Positions 41,293-49,731 are shown, counted from the first letter of the stretch. The stretch: 64,000 nt of DNA from a virus (IMGVR_UViG_3300047565_000101:40801-104800), one strand, 5' to 3'. The notes: generated by a model from the sequence alone, not told the origin. Program-made: numbers and translations.

Positions 41293-41505
41293 ATGCACAT
41301 ACAATATGTGTCTAAATACATAGCTCTTTCTGAAGAGGGCCTTGTTTCTAAGATGGAATGTCCACTAGACCAAGGTCCTCTTTTTTGCAATCAAGATCAT
41401 GATGAGTCTGTATTCTTATATTGCTTATCATGTGATTACAAAAAGACTCTTGGAGCTTCAAATTTGGACAAAATTAAAAAAGAGGTAGAAGATGCTTTGC
41501 GGTAA
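41293..41505 (+). CDS. Small Zn-ribbon-like protein
   Basis: CPLD...CLSC. Confidence 0.5.
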   Translation: MHIQYVSKYIALSEEGLVSKMECPLDQGPLFCNQDHDESVFLYCLSCDYKKTLGASNLDKIKKEVEDALR

Positions 41506-41605
41506 CGATAAAGTAAAAATTGAATATGAACATGATCCTATTCCAGTTACAGATAACGCTGGAAGAGAAATTTTTTGGGAAGATATAGGGAGAAAAGATG
41601 ACTGA
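41492..41605 (+). CDS. Hypothetical 37-aa protein
   Basis: GAGG RBS; MLCGNDKVKIEYEHDPIPVTDNAGREIFWEDIGRKDD fills the gap between neighbours. Confidence 0.4.
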   Translation: MLCGNDKVKIEYEHDPIPVTDNAGREIFWEDIGRKDD

Positions 41606-41843
41606 AGATAACAAAGAGTCAAGTCTAGAAGAAAACCTAGATATGGCACAATATATAATGCTTCATAGAATATATGACATCCTAACGCTACTAGCAAATA
41701 ATATAGTTGGATCTGATAAGACGTCAAAGATGGTACAGTATCATGAGCAAGGATTCCTATTAGGACCAAACCCATCCTACTCGGCAGATGTTGAAAACAT
41801 AGAAGAAAATTCTTATCAAGAAACTATTGACTTAGAGCTGTAG
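41598..41843 (+). CDS. Hypothetical protein
   Basis: 81-aa ORF with GGGAG RBS. Confidence 0.55.
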   Translation: MTEDNKESSLEENLDMAQYIMLHRIYDILTLLANNIVGSDKTSKMVQYHEQGFLLGPNPSYSADVENIEENSYQETIDLEL

Positions 41844-41855
41844 TTTTCGTACAAT
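41827..41855 (+). promoter_or_regulatory. Housekeeping-sigma promoter TTGACT-N17-TACAAT
   Basis: Near-consensus hexamers, 17-nt spacer, no downstream ORF. Confidence 0.7.
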
Positions 41856-41861
41856 TAGATT

Positions 41862-41943
41862 TGAGTAGAGCATCCACCAATGCTCCTCATTTGCACTTAT
41901 GTGCAGTAACCCCAATTGGATCCGCCTCCGATTGGGGTTTTTA
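41862..41943 (+). ncRNA. Candidate ~80-nt small RNA, three hairpins, C-rich loops
   Basis: GAGCAT-CCACCA-ATGCTC; TGCAC-TTAT-GTGCA; 13-bp terminator stem with TCCGCC loop and T-run. Confidence 0.55.
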
Positions 41944-41947
41944 CTTA

Positions 41948-42580
41948 TTAAAATACATCTGGCTCTGACCAAACAAATGCTGGTAATGCATACCTCGTAG
42001 GACCAGGACCAACTTCTTTTACGCCATGCCAATACTCTTCCGTAGAAGGAAATACAACCATGCTTCTTCTTGGAGGCCTAATAGCAATTTGTTTTTCTGA
42101 GAAGTAAAGCTCCCCATCAGTATAGTTATCGTTTATATATATTACAGCAGCCCACTTCATTTTATCGTCTACGTATTGATCATAATGACCTTTTAGCTCA
42201 GATCCAGTATACTGTCTTTGGATAACACCAAAGGATCTAAATGAGTATTCGCAGTCCTTATCAAATAATGCCTTTAGCCTTTGATCTAGCCTATATTCTC
42301 CAATAATTCCAGCAACGTAAACCACCTTATCGTTCCAATTATGAGTTACCTCAAGCTTTGTTTCATTCAGATCTCTTGTGCCGTATCTAGACTCTGATCT
42401 ATCTTCTATGCCCTTTACGTAGGTTCCCAGCCAATCTTCTTGTGTTCTAGTTTCAGCAAAATTATATAAAAATTCGCATTCTTCTTCTGTTATAAAGTTT
42501 TTAATCAAGAATACGTTTGGGTCAAGCTGCTCAAATTCAAATCCAGCATCCTGTATATTTTTAGCATTAATTTCAGACAT
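41948..42580 (-). CDS. 2OG-Fe(II) oxygenase, prolyl 4-hydroxylase-like
   Basis: HYD...YINDNYTDG...HGV...TRY; leaderless TATAAT-N6-ATG. Confidence 0.85.
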   Translation of the reverse strand: MSEINAKNIQDAGFEFEQLDPNVFLIKNFITEEECEFLYNFAETRTQEDWLGTYVKGIEDRSESRYGTRDLNETKLEVTHNWNDKVVYVAGIIGEYRLDQRLKALFDKDCEYSFRSFGVIQRQYTGSELKGHYDQYVDDKMKWAAVIYINDNYTDGELYFSEKQIAIRPPRRSMVVFPSTEEYWHGVKEVGPGPTRYALPAFVWSEPDVF

Positions 42581-42638
42581 AAGCTAATTATACACCAATG
42601 GCAATACTGTCATTATAAAGAAATGGTATAATTGAAAT

Positions 42639-42791
42639 ATGCAGACAAATAAAAAAGTTGAGATTGTAGCAGAAAAGCTGCGTCAACTGGTTCCTGACTT
42701 CACAATGTCAGAGAGCTATGTCAATGCCGCACAAATAATAGATGCGGTAGAGTCTGTAAATACAGAAGAGATTTGTGAGCCTACAGCATGA
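42639..42791 (+). CDS. Hypothetical 50-aa protein
   Basis: TGG-TATAAT-N6-ATG; ATGA overlap with the methyltransferase. Confidence 0.5.
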   Translation: MQTNKKVEIVAEKLRQLVPDFTMSESYVNAAQIIDAVESVNTEEICEPTA

Positions 42792-43420
42792 TTAAGTATC
42801 CAAGTGGTAGCTGGGAAACCGACTTAAAAATTCCAGGAAGTTTTGTTAGAGACTATAATGATCTTATTGAAAATATTCTACAAGTAGATTCACCAATAAG
42901 ATTCTTTAAAAATGAAAGACTTTACATTCTATGGGCATATGCTCAGCACCTAGCTGATCTGGATGGCGACTTTGTTGAATGTGGAGTATACACTGGAACA
43001 TCTGCATTCTTTATGGCAAAACATTGCAAGACTAATCTTCATCTTTTTGATTCCTGGGAAGGTGTTAAAGATTTTACTGAATTTGACAATGATTTCTATA
43101 GAGAGAACTCATTTGAGATAAGCATTGATGCAGCTAAGAATACATTAGACTCTTTTGACAATGTTATCTTCCATCATGGAGAAGTTCCTTTTGAGTTTGA
43201 TCAGGTAGAGAAGATATCATTGCTTCACATTGATCTTGATAACTATAATCCAACAAAAATTGCGTTAGAGAACCTTTGGTCAAAGGTTATCGATGGCGGA
43301 GTTGTAATAGTAGATTTTCATGACTCATTTGCAACTGGTGCTGAGAAGGCAACAAGAGATTTCTTTGCAGATAAAGATATCTTGTTAATGCCTACTGGCA
43401 AAGCCATTATAGTAAAATGA
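42788..43420 (+). CDS. TylF/MycF-like SAM-dependent O-methyltransferase
   Basis: GDFVECGVYTG, FDSWEG, LLHIDLD, GGVVIVD. Confidence 0.8.
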   Translation: MIKYPSGSWETDLKIPGSFVRDYNDLIENILQVDSPIRFFKNERLYILWAYAQHLADLDGDFVECGVYTGTSAFFMAKHCKTNLHLFDSWEGVKDFTEFDNDFYRENSFEISIDAAKNTLDSFDNVIFHHGEVPFEFDQVEKISLLHIDLDNYNPTKIALENLWSKVIDGGVVIVDFHDSFATGAEKATRDFFADKDILLMPTGKAIIVK

Positions 43421-43537
43421 CAAGAGATCACTTTAACCAAGCTTTTAACTCACCTTACTTTCAATCTGACTATTACAGAAATGAAACTGAGGCTGGAAGG
43501 GCTGAAGGAAAGATACTAAAGATTATAAATAAAATAT

Positions 43538-44248
43538 TTAGACGTACTTCTTAATAGACCTAAGCTTTGACTTGTATGCTCCATAAAACTTTGGAATAAA
43601 GTGTTTAATCTGACTTGCTAACTTTACTTCATAATCTTCTTGAGTTCCTATAACCATAGAGAACTCTTCTCTTTTAAATGGGAATACTTGAACTAATGGT
43701 GTTCCCTGCTTTATAATACCTTTAAACCCCTTTTTAATCGCAATAGAAAAATAGCCCTGAGATACGTATTTATCAGTATCAATTATTCCTGGAAGGGCTG
43801 CAAAGTTATCATTATCAGGGTGAGAAGTCGGGATAAAAAGAGAGCTATACCCTTCCTCTGTTGATACATACCATAATGGATCTACTCTAAATATGCTTCT
43901 ATGATATGAGCTATCTAATGTATAGTTTAGATACTGTTCATAAGGATGAGTGTTTGTGATATTGCTCTTAAATATATCTACGCCTTGCTGATCAACTAAA
44001 TATGGAGCTCTTATGTCTAATACATCTGGGTCTGTTGCATCTACATATATATCACAAGGAAAGTATAAAGTGTATCCAGCTGTCATTACATCAAATATAG
44101 ACATGCATCTTTTGATTGTAGATTGAAACTCTGTATTGTTTGGATCTTCTTTCTTATACCATTCTGGCAAAGACTTTGACGCTGGCGTTGGCTGTATAGT
44201 CCATTGAGCAACAGAATTATTAAGCGGATAAAAAGTTATTAGGCTCAT
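43538..44248 (-). CDS. DUF6065-like protein (paralog of 28231..28962)
   Basis: PEWYK, TIKRCMSIFD, PGIIDTD, IKQGTPLVQVFPFKRE. Confidence 0.55.
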   Translation of the reverse strand: MSLITFYPLNNSVAQWTIQPTPASKSLPEWYKKEDPNNTEFQSTIKRCMSIFDVMTAGYTLYFPCDIYVDATDPDVLDIRAPYLVDQQGVDIFKSNITNTHPYEQYLNYTLDSSYHRSIFRVDPLWYVSTEEGYSSLFIPTSHPDNDNFAALPGIIDTDKYVSQGYFSIAIKKGFKGIIKQGTPLVQVFPFKREEFSMVIGTQEDYEVKLASQIKHFIPKFYGAYKSKLRSIKKYV

Positions 44249-44394
44249 GCCCAGAAGTCTTCTATGTCGTCTTCTTCGTCGTCCCAACTAATATTAAATA
44301 TCTCTAGCTCTTGTGTTTTATTAAATGAGTAAATTAGACCAATAGCAGCCACAAAAAGTGCGACGAGAACAGAACCAACAATTGCTTTTTTCAT
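44245..44394 (-). CDS. Small membrane protein with acidic tail
   Basis: MKKAIVGSVLVALFVAAIGLIYSF...WDDEEDDIEDFWA; ATGA overlaps on both sides. Confidence 0.55.
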   Translation of the reverse strand: MKKAIVGSVLVALFVAAIGLIYSFNKTQELEIFNISWDDEEDDIEDFWA

Positions 44395-44684
44395 TTATTC
44401 CTCTTTTCAATCTTATTTGTCTTTCGTATATGAGTGCGAACTCGGTGGCAATTAGAACATACCACTTCACATTTCTTAATCTCTTCATCTATCTTTTTCT
44501 TAGATAGTGTTTGAATCAACTCGGCTACATTCTTATGCTTTACGCCACGTACATGATCGAAGTCCATCACATAATATGGATACTGTATTTTACAGTCGGC
44601 GCAAGGATGCTTCTCCTTGTAGTCTCTTATATATTGAGCAAGGTAAGCCTTTTGCTTGGCTATTGAGACCTTTTCAGTCTTCAT
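44391..44684 (-). CDS. HNH endonuclease
   Basis: CADC...DFDH...CEVVCSNCHRVRT. Confidence 0.85.
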   Translation of the reverse strand: MKTEKVSIAKQKAYLAQYIRDYKEKHPCADCKIQYPYYVMDFDHVRGVKHKNVAELIQTLSKKKIDEEIKKCEVVCSNCHRVRTHIRKTNKIEKRNK

Positions 44685-44769
44685 TGCTACTATTATAGTA
44701 TATTGATCTTATTAAGTGCAAAATGCAGTGCGCCGAAAGTAGAGAACACATTTTAGCTTTTCATATTTG

Positions 44770-44844
44770 TAGGCCTAATCGGATTTGAACCGATACTCGA
44801 TTGTATATAAGACAATTGCTTTCACCAGATTAAGCTATAGGCCC
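44770..44844 (-). tRNA. tRNA-Ile, anticodon TAT (UAU)
   Basis: Cloverleaf GGGCCTA/TAGGCCT, D arm GCTT/AAGC, ATTGT-CTTATAT-ACAAT, T arm ATCGG-TTCAAAT-CCGAT; discriminator A; no encoded CCA. Confidence 0.9.
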
Positions 44845-45039
44845 ATGAGATAAACTTGATAAGCTATCCCACATATATGAACCATGATCATTGTAATGCC
44901 TATCCACAATATTGTCTTAATCTTAGTCAACTACTTTCTATATATATTTATATTCTTTTAAGTATTTAATCTTTTATAGTATACTTCCAGATTTAGAGCA
45001 TACAACCCCTATACCCCTTCAAGTTTTTTAAAAATAAAA

Positions 45040-45216
45040 AAACAAAAAAGGAACCCCGAAATTGTCAATTTATAAGATCGCAATTCATCGGTTGAACTTC
45101 CAACGAAATGAGGCGGGAAGCCAGGATTGCATAATCTAGAAGCATATATTACACTTCCGTCATTATCGCACTTGGAGTTTAACCCCTTGATATAATCTCC
45201 GAAAACTGTCCAAGGC
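45040..45216 (-). ncRNA. Candidate structured RNA (~175 nt)
   Basis: Downstream of a strong promoter; several hairpins (CTTGGA/TCCAAG, GAAGTGTA/TATGCTTC, GCTTCC/GGAAGT); ends in long T-runs; no convincing ORF. Confidence 0.4.
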
Positions 45217-45220
45217 TAAA

Positions 45221-45250
45221 AGTATAACATTAAGAAATTATGGCAGTCAA
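45221..45250 (-). promoter_or_regulatory. Promoter TTGACT-N18-TATACT with extended -10 TG
   Basis: Near-consensus hexamers pointing at the candidate RNA and the tRNA. Confidence 0.65.
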
Positions 45251-45516
45251 GGTAAGATGAGAAAGTTATTTAAAGGGCCTTCTCAGGGCCTCTAGCCACA
45301 TTTACCAGGTCTGAGTACCAAAGATGACCTCAAAGTGGCTCAAATCGGCTCCTAGGCCTTTTTAAGACATGTTTTAAAATGATTGGCAAGACTCATATGG
45401 GCAAAAGAAGACTTTACTTGAATCTCCTTGCCACATTTGTCGCAGATCACTATACGCATTGCATAAGTCTAGCATAAGACTAGTCAATTAAAAATACTTA
45501 ATGTATAATGATATCT

Positions 45517-46356
45517 ATGAAGGCTACGAGATTACATGACAAGATGTTTTACTACACCGACCTTTTGACTGATGAAGAAAAAAATCGGGTTAATGAGATC
45601 ATGGAATCAATGCAGGGCTGGGAAAGAATATTCGACGATGGTCATGAATATGATCCTAATATAGCACATCAAGACGAAAGCGACTTTCAGTCAATTATGA
45701 TCATGTATCGAAAAGAGATTATTCCACCAGCTGAGAAAGAGCTGAGAGATATCATTGATTCAGCCTATAGAAAAGCACATGCTCACTATGTATCCGAGTT
45801 TGGCATAACTGGAGACAATCCAGTGCATCCATTTAACTCAGTAGATAAGCACATGCCTGGAACAGCTTATGCTACCCATATTGATAGTGCTCCAATTGGA
45901 GTAGAATCTTTCACAATGCTCTTTTATCTCAATGATGCCTATACAGGAGGAGAAATTGCTTTTTCTCTTCCCCGCCAAAATTATAAATTTCACGTAGTTA
46001 ATGGAATTGTTGTAAATGGTCCAAGATCTCACCGTAGTCCTGAAGATCCTAAGAATGCACCGCTTATTGATTTCTGGTTAAAGCCTGAAGCATTCTCAAT
46101 TATTATCTTCCCGCCTCTATATCCGTATATTCACACAGTTCACACTATCACTAGTGGATTCAAGTATTTGATCAAGGGACATTGGCAAGTTAATAAAGCA
46201 GATATCAAACACTGGTCTGCCAGCCCATATGAAGGATTTAGTGATGATGAGATTGCAAGTAAGTCTGACATGAAGATGCGTCATGGACTTATGTATGAAG
46301 CTATGCTCGAAAATAAAGAGCTAGTTCCTGAAGATGTCAAAGAATACTATATCTAA
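45517..46356 (+). CDS. 2OG-Fe(II) oxygenase, prolyl 4-hydroxylase-like
   Basis: HID...YLNDAYTGG...HTV...GFKY; start 7 nt after TATAAT. Confidence 0.8.
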   Translation: MKATRLHDKMFYYTDLLTDEEKNRVNEIMESMQGWERIFDDGHEYDPNIAHQDESDFQSIMIMYRKEIIPPAEKELRDIIDSAYRKAHAHYVSEFGITGDNPVHPFNSVDKHMPGTAYATHIDSAPIGVESFTMLFYLNDAYTGGEIAFSLPRQNYKFHVVNGIVVNGPRSHRSPEDPKNAPLIDFWLKPEAFSIIIFPPLYPYIHTVHTITSGFKYLIKGHWQVNKADIKHWSASPYEGFSDDEIASKSDMKMRHGLMYEAMLENKELVPEDVKEYYI

Positions 46357-46361
46357 TATAT

Positions 46362-46568
46362 TCTAGTCGACTGCTATTTCAGATTTAGCAAAATGTTAAT
46401 AAAATTTTATTTTTGAAAAATGTCTCTACATAGAGACCATACCAAAGCTGCTGAGAAAATAGCCCATAGTAATATCATTAGATCCATCATGTCTATTATT
46501 ATACCCCGCCTTTTATTCCAGTTGACTACTATCTCGTTTTTAGCAAAATGTTAATAGAGATTTTATTT
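46362..46568. repeat. Imperfect ~52-bp direct repeat (46362-46413 and 46517-46568)
   Basis: Exact core TTTAGCAAAATGTTAATA at 46384 and 46539, each preceded by AGTYGACT. Confidence 0.75.
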
Positions 46569-46631
46569 GTATGATACACACATATAGAAATGTCCGTTTT
46601 GTCCGATAGTCCGCCCATATGACTGGTCATA

Positions 46632-46717
46632 TGTGAGCCATATCACAAACTATTTTCTTGAAATGTCCGACATGTCCGATTTTGGATTTGATATTTGTCA
46701 GTCCCCCATGTTAAGCT
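46632..46717 (+). promoter_or_regulatory. Early promoter: CRP-type box plus TGTCAG-N10-TAAGCT
   Basis: TGTGA-N6-TCACA at 46632; PafBC-type motif at 46696. Confidence 0.7.
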
Positions 46718-46750
46718 TTATATATAAAGTTAAAGAAGAAAGGAGTTCAC

Positions 46751-46927
46751 ATGAACTCACTATATATGCCAGCGGATAGCCTTAAGCCTATCCTCCACCG
46801 TCCTACTACTATGGGACAAGGTGCAACACCTTGCACGAACTGTAACGAAACAGTTCAATTCAATACATGGAATCGACGATATGAAAATGTCGCAACAGGT
46901 TCTATCCGTTGTGCGGAGGCTAAGTAA
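46751..46927 (+). CDS. Hypothetical 58-aa protein
   Basis: AAAGGAG RBS; first gene after promoter. Confidence 0.6.
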   Translation: MNSLYMPADSLKPILHRPTTMGQGATPCTNCNETVQFNTWNRRYENVATGSIRCAEAK

Positions 46928-47103
46928 TGACTAACAAGAATTGGACAGAAATCACCATGAAGAATGGTAAGTTCCTTGAGGGTGTAGTAACTATCGAAAC
47001 CGATACACATGTATCACTATATAAACTACCTTTCCCTATCGCTAAGAAGAACATAGCGACACGAAACGAACGCCGTTTGGTAATCACCACCCAAGCCTAC
47101 TAG
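46927..47103 (+). CDS. Hypothetical 58-aa protein
   Basis: TAATG coupling; GGAGG RBS. Confidence 0.55.
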   Translation: MTNKNWTEITMKNGKFLEGVVTIETDTHVSLYKLPFPIAKKNIATRNERRLVITTQAY

Positions 47104-47104
47104 G

Positions 47105-47159
47105 TGTGAGCAACACCACACCAAATAGCCTTGCAATTGTCAGACTTATCTGATACCTT
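47105..47159 (+). promoter_or_regulatory. Early promoter: CRP-type box plus TGTCAG-N10-TACCTT
   Basis: TGTGA-N6-CCACA at 47105; motif at 47138. Confidence 0.65.
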
Positions 47160-47194
47160 AATCTTATTGAACTACTAAAGAAAGAAGAAACAAA

Positions 47195-47365
47195 ATGTCA
47201 TACGCAAGCGATTCAGTATATGGTCACTCATACTCTAAGTGGGATACTATTCAAGAAGATGTAGCAGATATGTATCTTGATGATGTCGAAGATGTCGAAG
47301 AAGATTTTGACCTTGATGATGTAGAAGATGTAGAGTTTGACCTAGATGAGTGGGAGGAGATGTAA
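47195..47365 (+). CDS. Highly acidic 56-aa protein
   Basis: 23 D/E, one K; follows promoter. Confidence 0.6.
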   Translation: MSYASDSVYGHSYSKWDTIQEDVADMYLDDVEDVEEDFDLDDVEDVEFDLDEWEEM

Positions 47366-47423
47366 TGACTATCCTCTTACTAATAACTGTCCTTTATTCT
47401 TTCCTAATGATTGGATTCATGAA

Positions 47424-47627
47424 ATGAGCGAGGGTATCTTCACAATAGAATTAGGATCGCATGGCTTTATGCTTGATACTGATTGGGCTTATGTATCTCT
47501 ATCATGGGAGCTACTAATCTCCACCGCCGTTATTATTGTCGGTGCTAAGGTATACAATAAGATAAAGAATAGTAAGAAAGAAACTCCCCTACTAGTTGAT
47601 GACAATGATGATTGGATGACAAAATGA
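47424..47627 (+). CDS. Small membrane protein
   Basis: MSEGIF start; one hydrophobic segment. Confidence 0.5.
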   Translation: MSEGIFTIELGSHGFMLDTDWAYVSLSWELLISTAVIIVGAKVYNKIKNSKKETPLLVDDNDDWMTK

Positions 47628-47746
47628 CCAGAGCAATTACTAGCCTAGTTCAAACCTTTATCGCTATCCCCGCCCTATATATGGCGAGAATCGTAGGGCG
47701 TGAGGTAATCGCAGACATGCGAGAGATGTGGCAAGAATCACATTAG
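47624..47746 (+). CDS. Hypothetical 40-aa protein
   Basis: ATGA coupling. Confidence 0.45.
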   Translation: MTRAITSLVQTFIAIPALYMARIVGREVIADMREMWQESH

Positions 47747-47751
47747 CCTAA

Positions 47752-47914
47752 CGGCGTGTCGCCTTGACAAAGTCGGCATCCGCCCCTAGCTTTTTGAGGG
47801 CGCTGTCAAGTCGAATTACGGCGTGTCGCAAAAAAATCCTGAAAATTCCTGTGATCTTAAACACACGACACACCTAGCGATATCACACAATTTGTCGGTG
47901 GGGTGCGCTACAAT
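47752..47914 (+). promoter_or_regulatory. Composite early regulatory cassette
   Basis: CGGCGTGTCG x2, CTTGACAAA, hairpin, TTACG-N17-CCTGAA, CRP-type box 47850, TGTCGG-N10-TACAAT 47893. Confidence 0.75.
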
Positions 47915-47945
47915 TCTCATATCAACACAACGAAAGGTGGACACC

Positions 47946-48107
47946 ATGTCTTCACTATATCCAATCCGCTCTATATGCGGAAACACAACCTCATACCTAG
48001 ACGGGTATGACCTTGCACATAACAATGCAGTTATCTGTTGCGATAATTGCGAAAGCATTTTGATGTGCCGTAAGGCGTGGCTCTCAATGTATGCAGGGGG
48101 TAAGTAA
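47946..48107 (+). CDS. Small Cys-containing protein
   Basis: CAACGAAAGG leader before ATG 47946. Confidence 0.6.
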   Translation: MSSLYPIRSICGNTTSYLDGYDLAHNNAVICCDNCESILMCRKAWLSMYAGGK

Positions 48108-48452
48108 TGACTATCTACGCTATCACTTCAGACTATGAAGCACCTTATGAATATTTTGCTAACAAGGTAGACGCTATTCGTGCCCTAGGTGAGGGCAAGG
48201 CTTACAATATTAAGTTTGATTACATCATAGAAATTGAGGTTAAATAAATGATTACTCTAAATTGCCGCTCATGCGATGAGCCAATGGAATCTATGTGGTT
48301 TGATTCAAGCGACATAATCGAATGTCCAGACTGTTGGGGGGATTTTGAATAATGGAAAAAGATATTTTTGGTTTTGCCGATGCTATCGAAATTGACCACC
48401 TCACCGATGAAGAAATGAAAACTATTCTAGAAATGTTTGGAGATAAAAACTA

Positions 48453-48632
48453 ATGATGACTAAAAAAGACTATGAGCGTTTCGCTTATCTACTTAACTCT
48501 ATCAATAATGGCTTTCCCGATTTTGAGGCTAAGCGTTTTCTAGTTAACAATATGTGTGAGATATTCGAAACGGATAACCCCCGTTTTGATCGTGCTAAGT
48601 TTAAAGAGGCGGTGTATGCTACATCACAGTAG
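48453..48632 (+). CDS. Hypothetical protein (DNPRFD family, paralog of 49546..49731)
   Basis: MMTKKDY...DNPRFDRAKF. Confidence 0.6.
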   Translation: MMTKKDYERFAYLLNSINNGFPDFEAKRFLVNNMCEIFETDNPRFDRAKFKEAVYATSQ

Positions 48633-48637
48633 CTACA

Positions 48638-48850
48638 CGGCGTGTCGGCTTGACAAAAGCTGATCCGCCCGCAAAAGCGTGGGGGACTGGTCACATTTAA
48701 GAAATGACCATTTTTTCCCTGAAATTTCGGCGTGTCGATTTGACAGACAATTCGGACATTTTGATGTGACTCTAATCACACGAACATCGTTCCATATTGT
48801 GAGATAAATGCGTGTCGGATTAACAATTTGTCAGACCCCTAGGCTATAAT
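48638..48850 (+). promoter_or_regulatory. Composite early regulatory cassette
   Basis: CGGCGTGTCG x2, TTAAG-N16-CCTGAA, perfect CRP-type box 48765, TGTCAG-N10-TATAAT 48829. Confidence 0.78.
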
Positions 48851-48883
48851 ACTCTTATACAAACAAACGAAAGGTGACAACTT

Positions 48884-49087
48884 ATGTCAGCAAATGTCTA
48901 CTCTGTCCGTGACTTGCTTATCGGCAAGCGTTACAACTCTTCAACTCTTTCAGGCGTGATTCTTTCCGCCGAAGACCACCCTCATGCCGTATGGTATGAG
49001 GGTTGCGATTCTTACCTCGTAGAGGTTAAGCCAGATAATTCTATCGGCACAACTTTCCGCACAGTTGCCGTAAAGGTAGGTGCATAA
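48884..49087 (+). CDS. Hypothetical protein
   Basis: AACGAAAGG leader. Confidence 0.65.
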   Translation: MSANVYSVRDLLIGKRYNSSTLSGVILSAEDHPHAVWYEGCDSYLVEVKPDNSIGTTFRTVAVKVGA

Positions 49088-49088
49088 T

Positions 49089-49211
49089 ATGGGAAGCCTA
49101 GAATTCTTTAAAATAGATGAAGACGGCGCAGGCTGGGTTTCATTCAATGAATTATCAGATGAAAAGAAACTAGAAATTGAAATAGAATTATTTCAGGAAG
49201 GTGCGCTCTAA
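49089..49211 (+). CDS. Hypothetical acidic 40-aa protein
   Basis: Fills gap; TAATG coupling downstream. Confidence 0.45.
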   Translation: MGSLEFFKIDEDGAGWVSFNELSDEKKLEIEIELFQEGAL

Positions 49212-49417
49212 TGTATAAAGTAACTTGCCAATATGATTTCGAAGAAAGTCCTCATTGGACTGGTCGCTATGATGACGAAATGGAAGCATGGCGCAATTTC
49301 TTTCTCTTCACCGATTGGGGAATGGCTAACGAATACTCAACTGTAAATATTTATACACCGTCAGCAAAATGCTACACAAAGATTTTTTACCGAGATGGAA
49401 GGGTCGTAACAAAATGA
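49211..49417 (+). CDS. Hypothetical protein
   Basis: 68-aa coupled ORF. Confidence 0.6.
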   Translation: MYKVTCQYDFEESPHWTGRYDDEMEAWRNFFLFTDWGMANEYSTVNIYTPSAKCYTKIFYRDGRVVTK

Positions 49418-49545
49418 GCATGCTATTAATCCCAACACGGGCAGGATATATTTATGAATGCCCTGAATGCGCTAGACGATTTGACCCTAGCGATATTATT
49501 GACTCATTAGAATTGACAACTGGACACGATTGCGAGGCTAAATAA

Positions 49546-49731
49546 ATGATGACTAGAAAAGACTATATCGCTACCGCCGAGATTCTAAAGTATATGAGCA
49601 ACAAAACTCACCCCGCTTTATTCTCTAAGGTTGTTACAGATTTTGCGGAGATGTTTGCAAAAGATAATCCCCGCTTTGATGTTGTTCGATTCCATGAGGC
49701 TAGCAACTACGAAATGAAAGTGGTGAAATAA
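49546..49731 (+). CDS. Hypothetical protein (DNPRFD family)
   Basis: MMTRKDY...DNPRFDVVRF. Confidence 0.6.
   Translation: MMTRKDYIATAEILKYMSNKTHPALFSKVVTDFAEMFAKDNPRFDVVRFHEASNYEMKVVK

Noticed and set aside
45270-45380. Roughly 10-11-bp periodic GC/AT pattern (also near 15180-15300 and 58545-58590) as strong gyrase or bent-DNA sites
   Set aside because: Impression by eye only; needs periodicity analysis to support.
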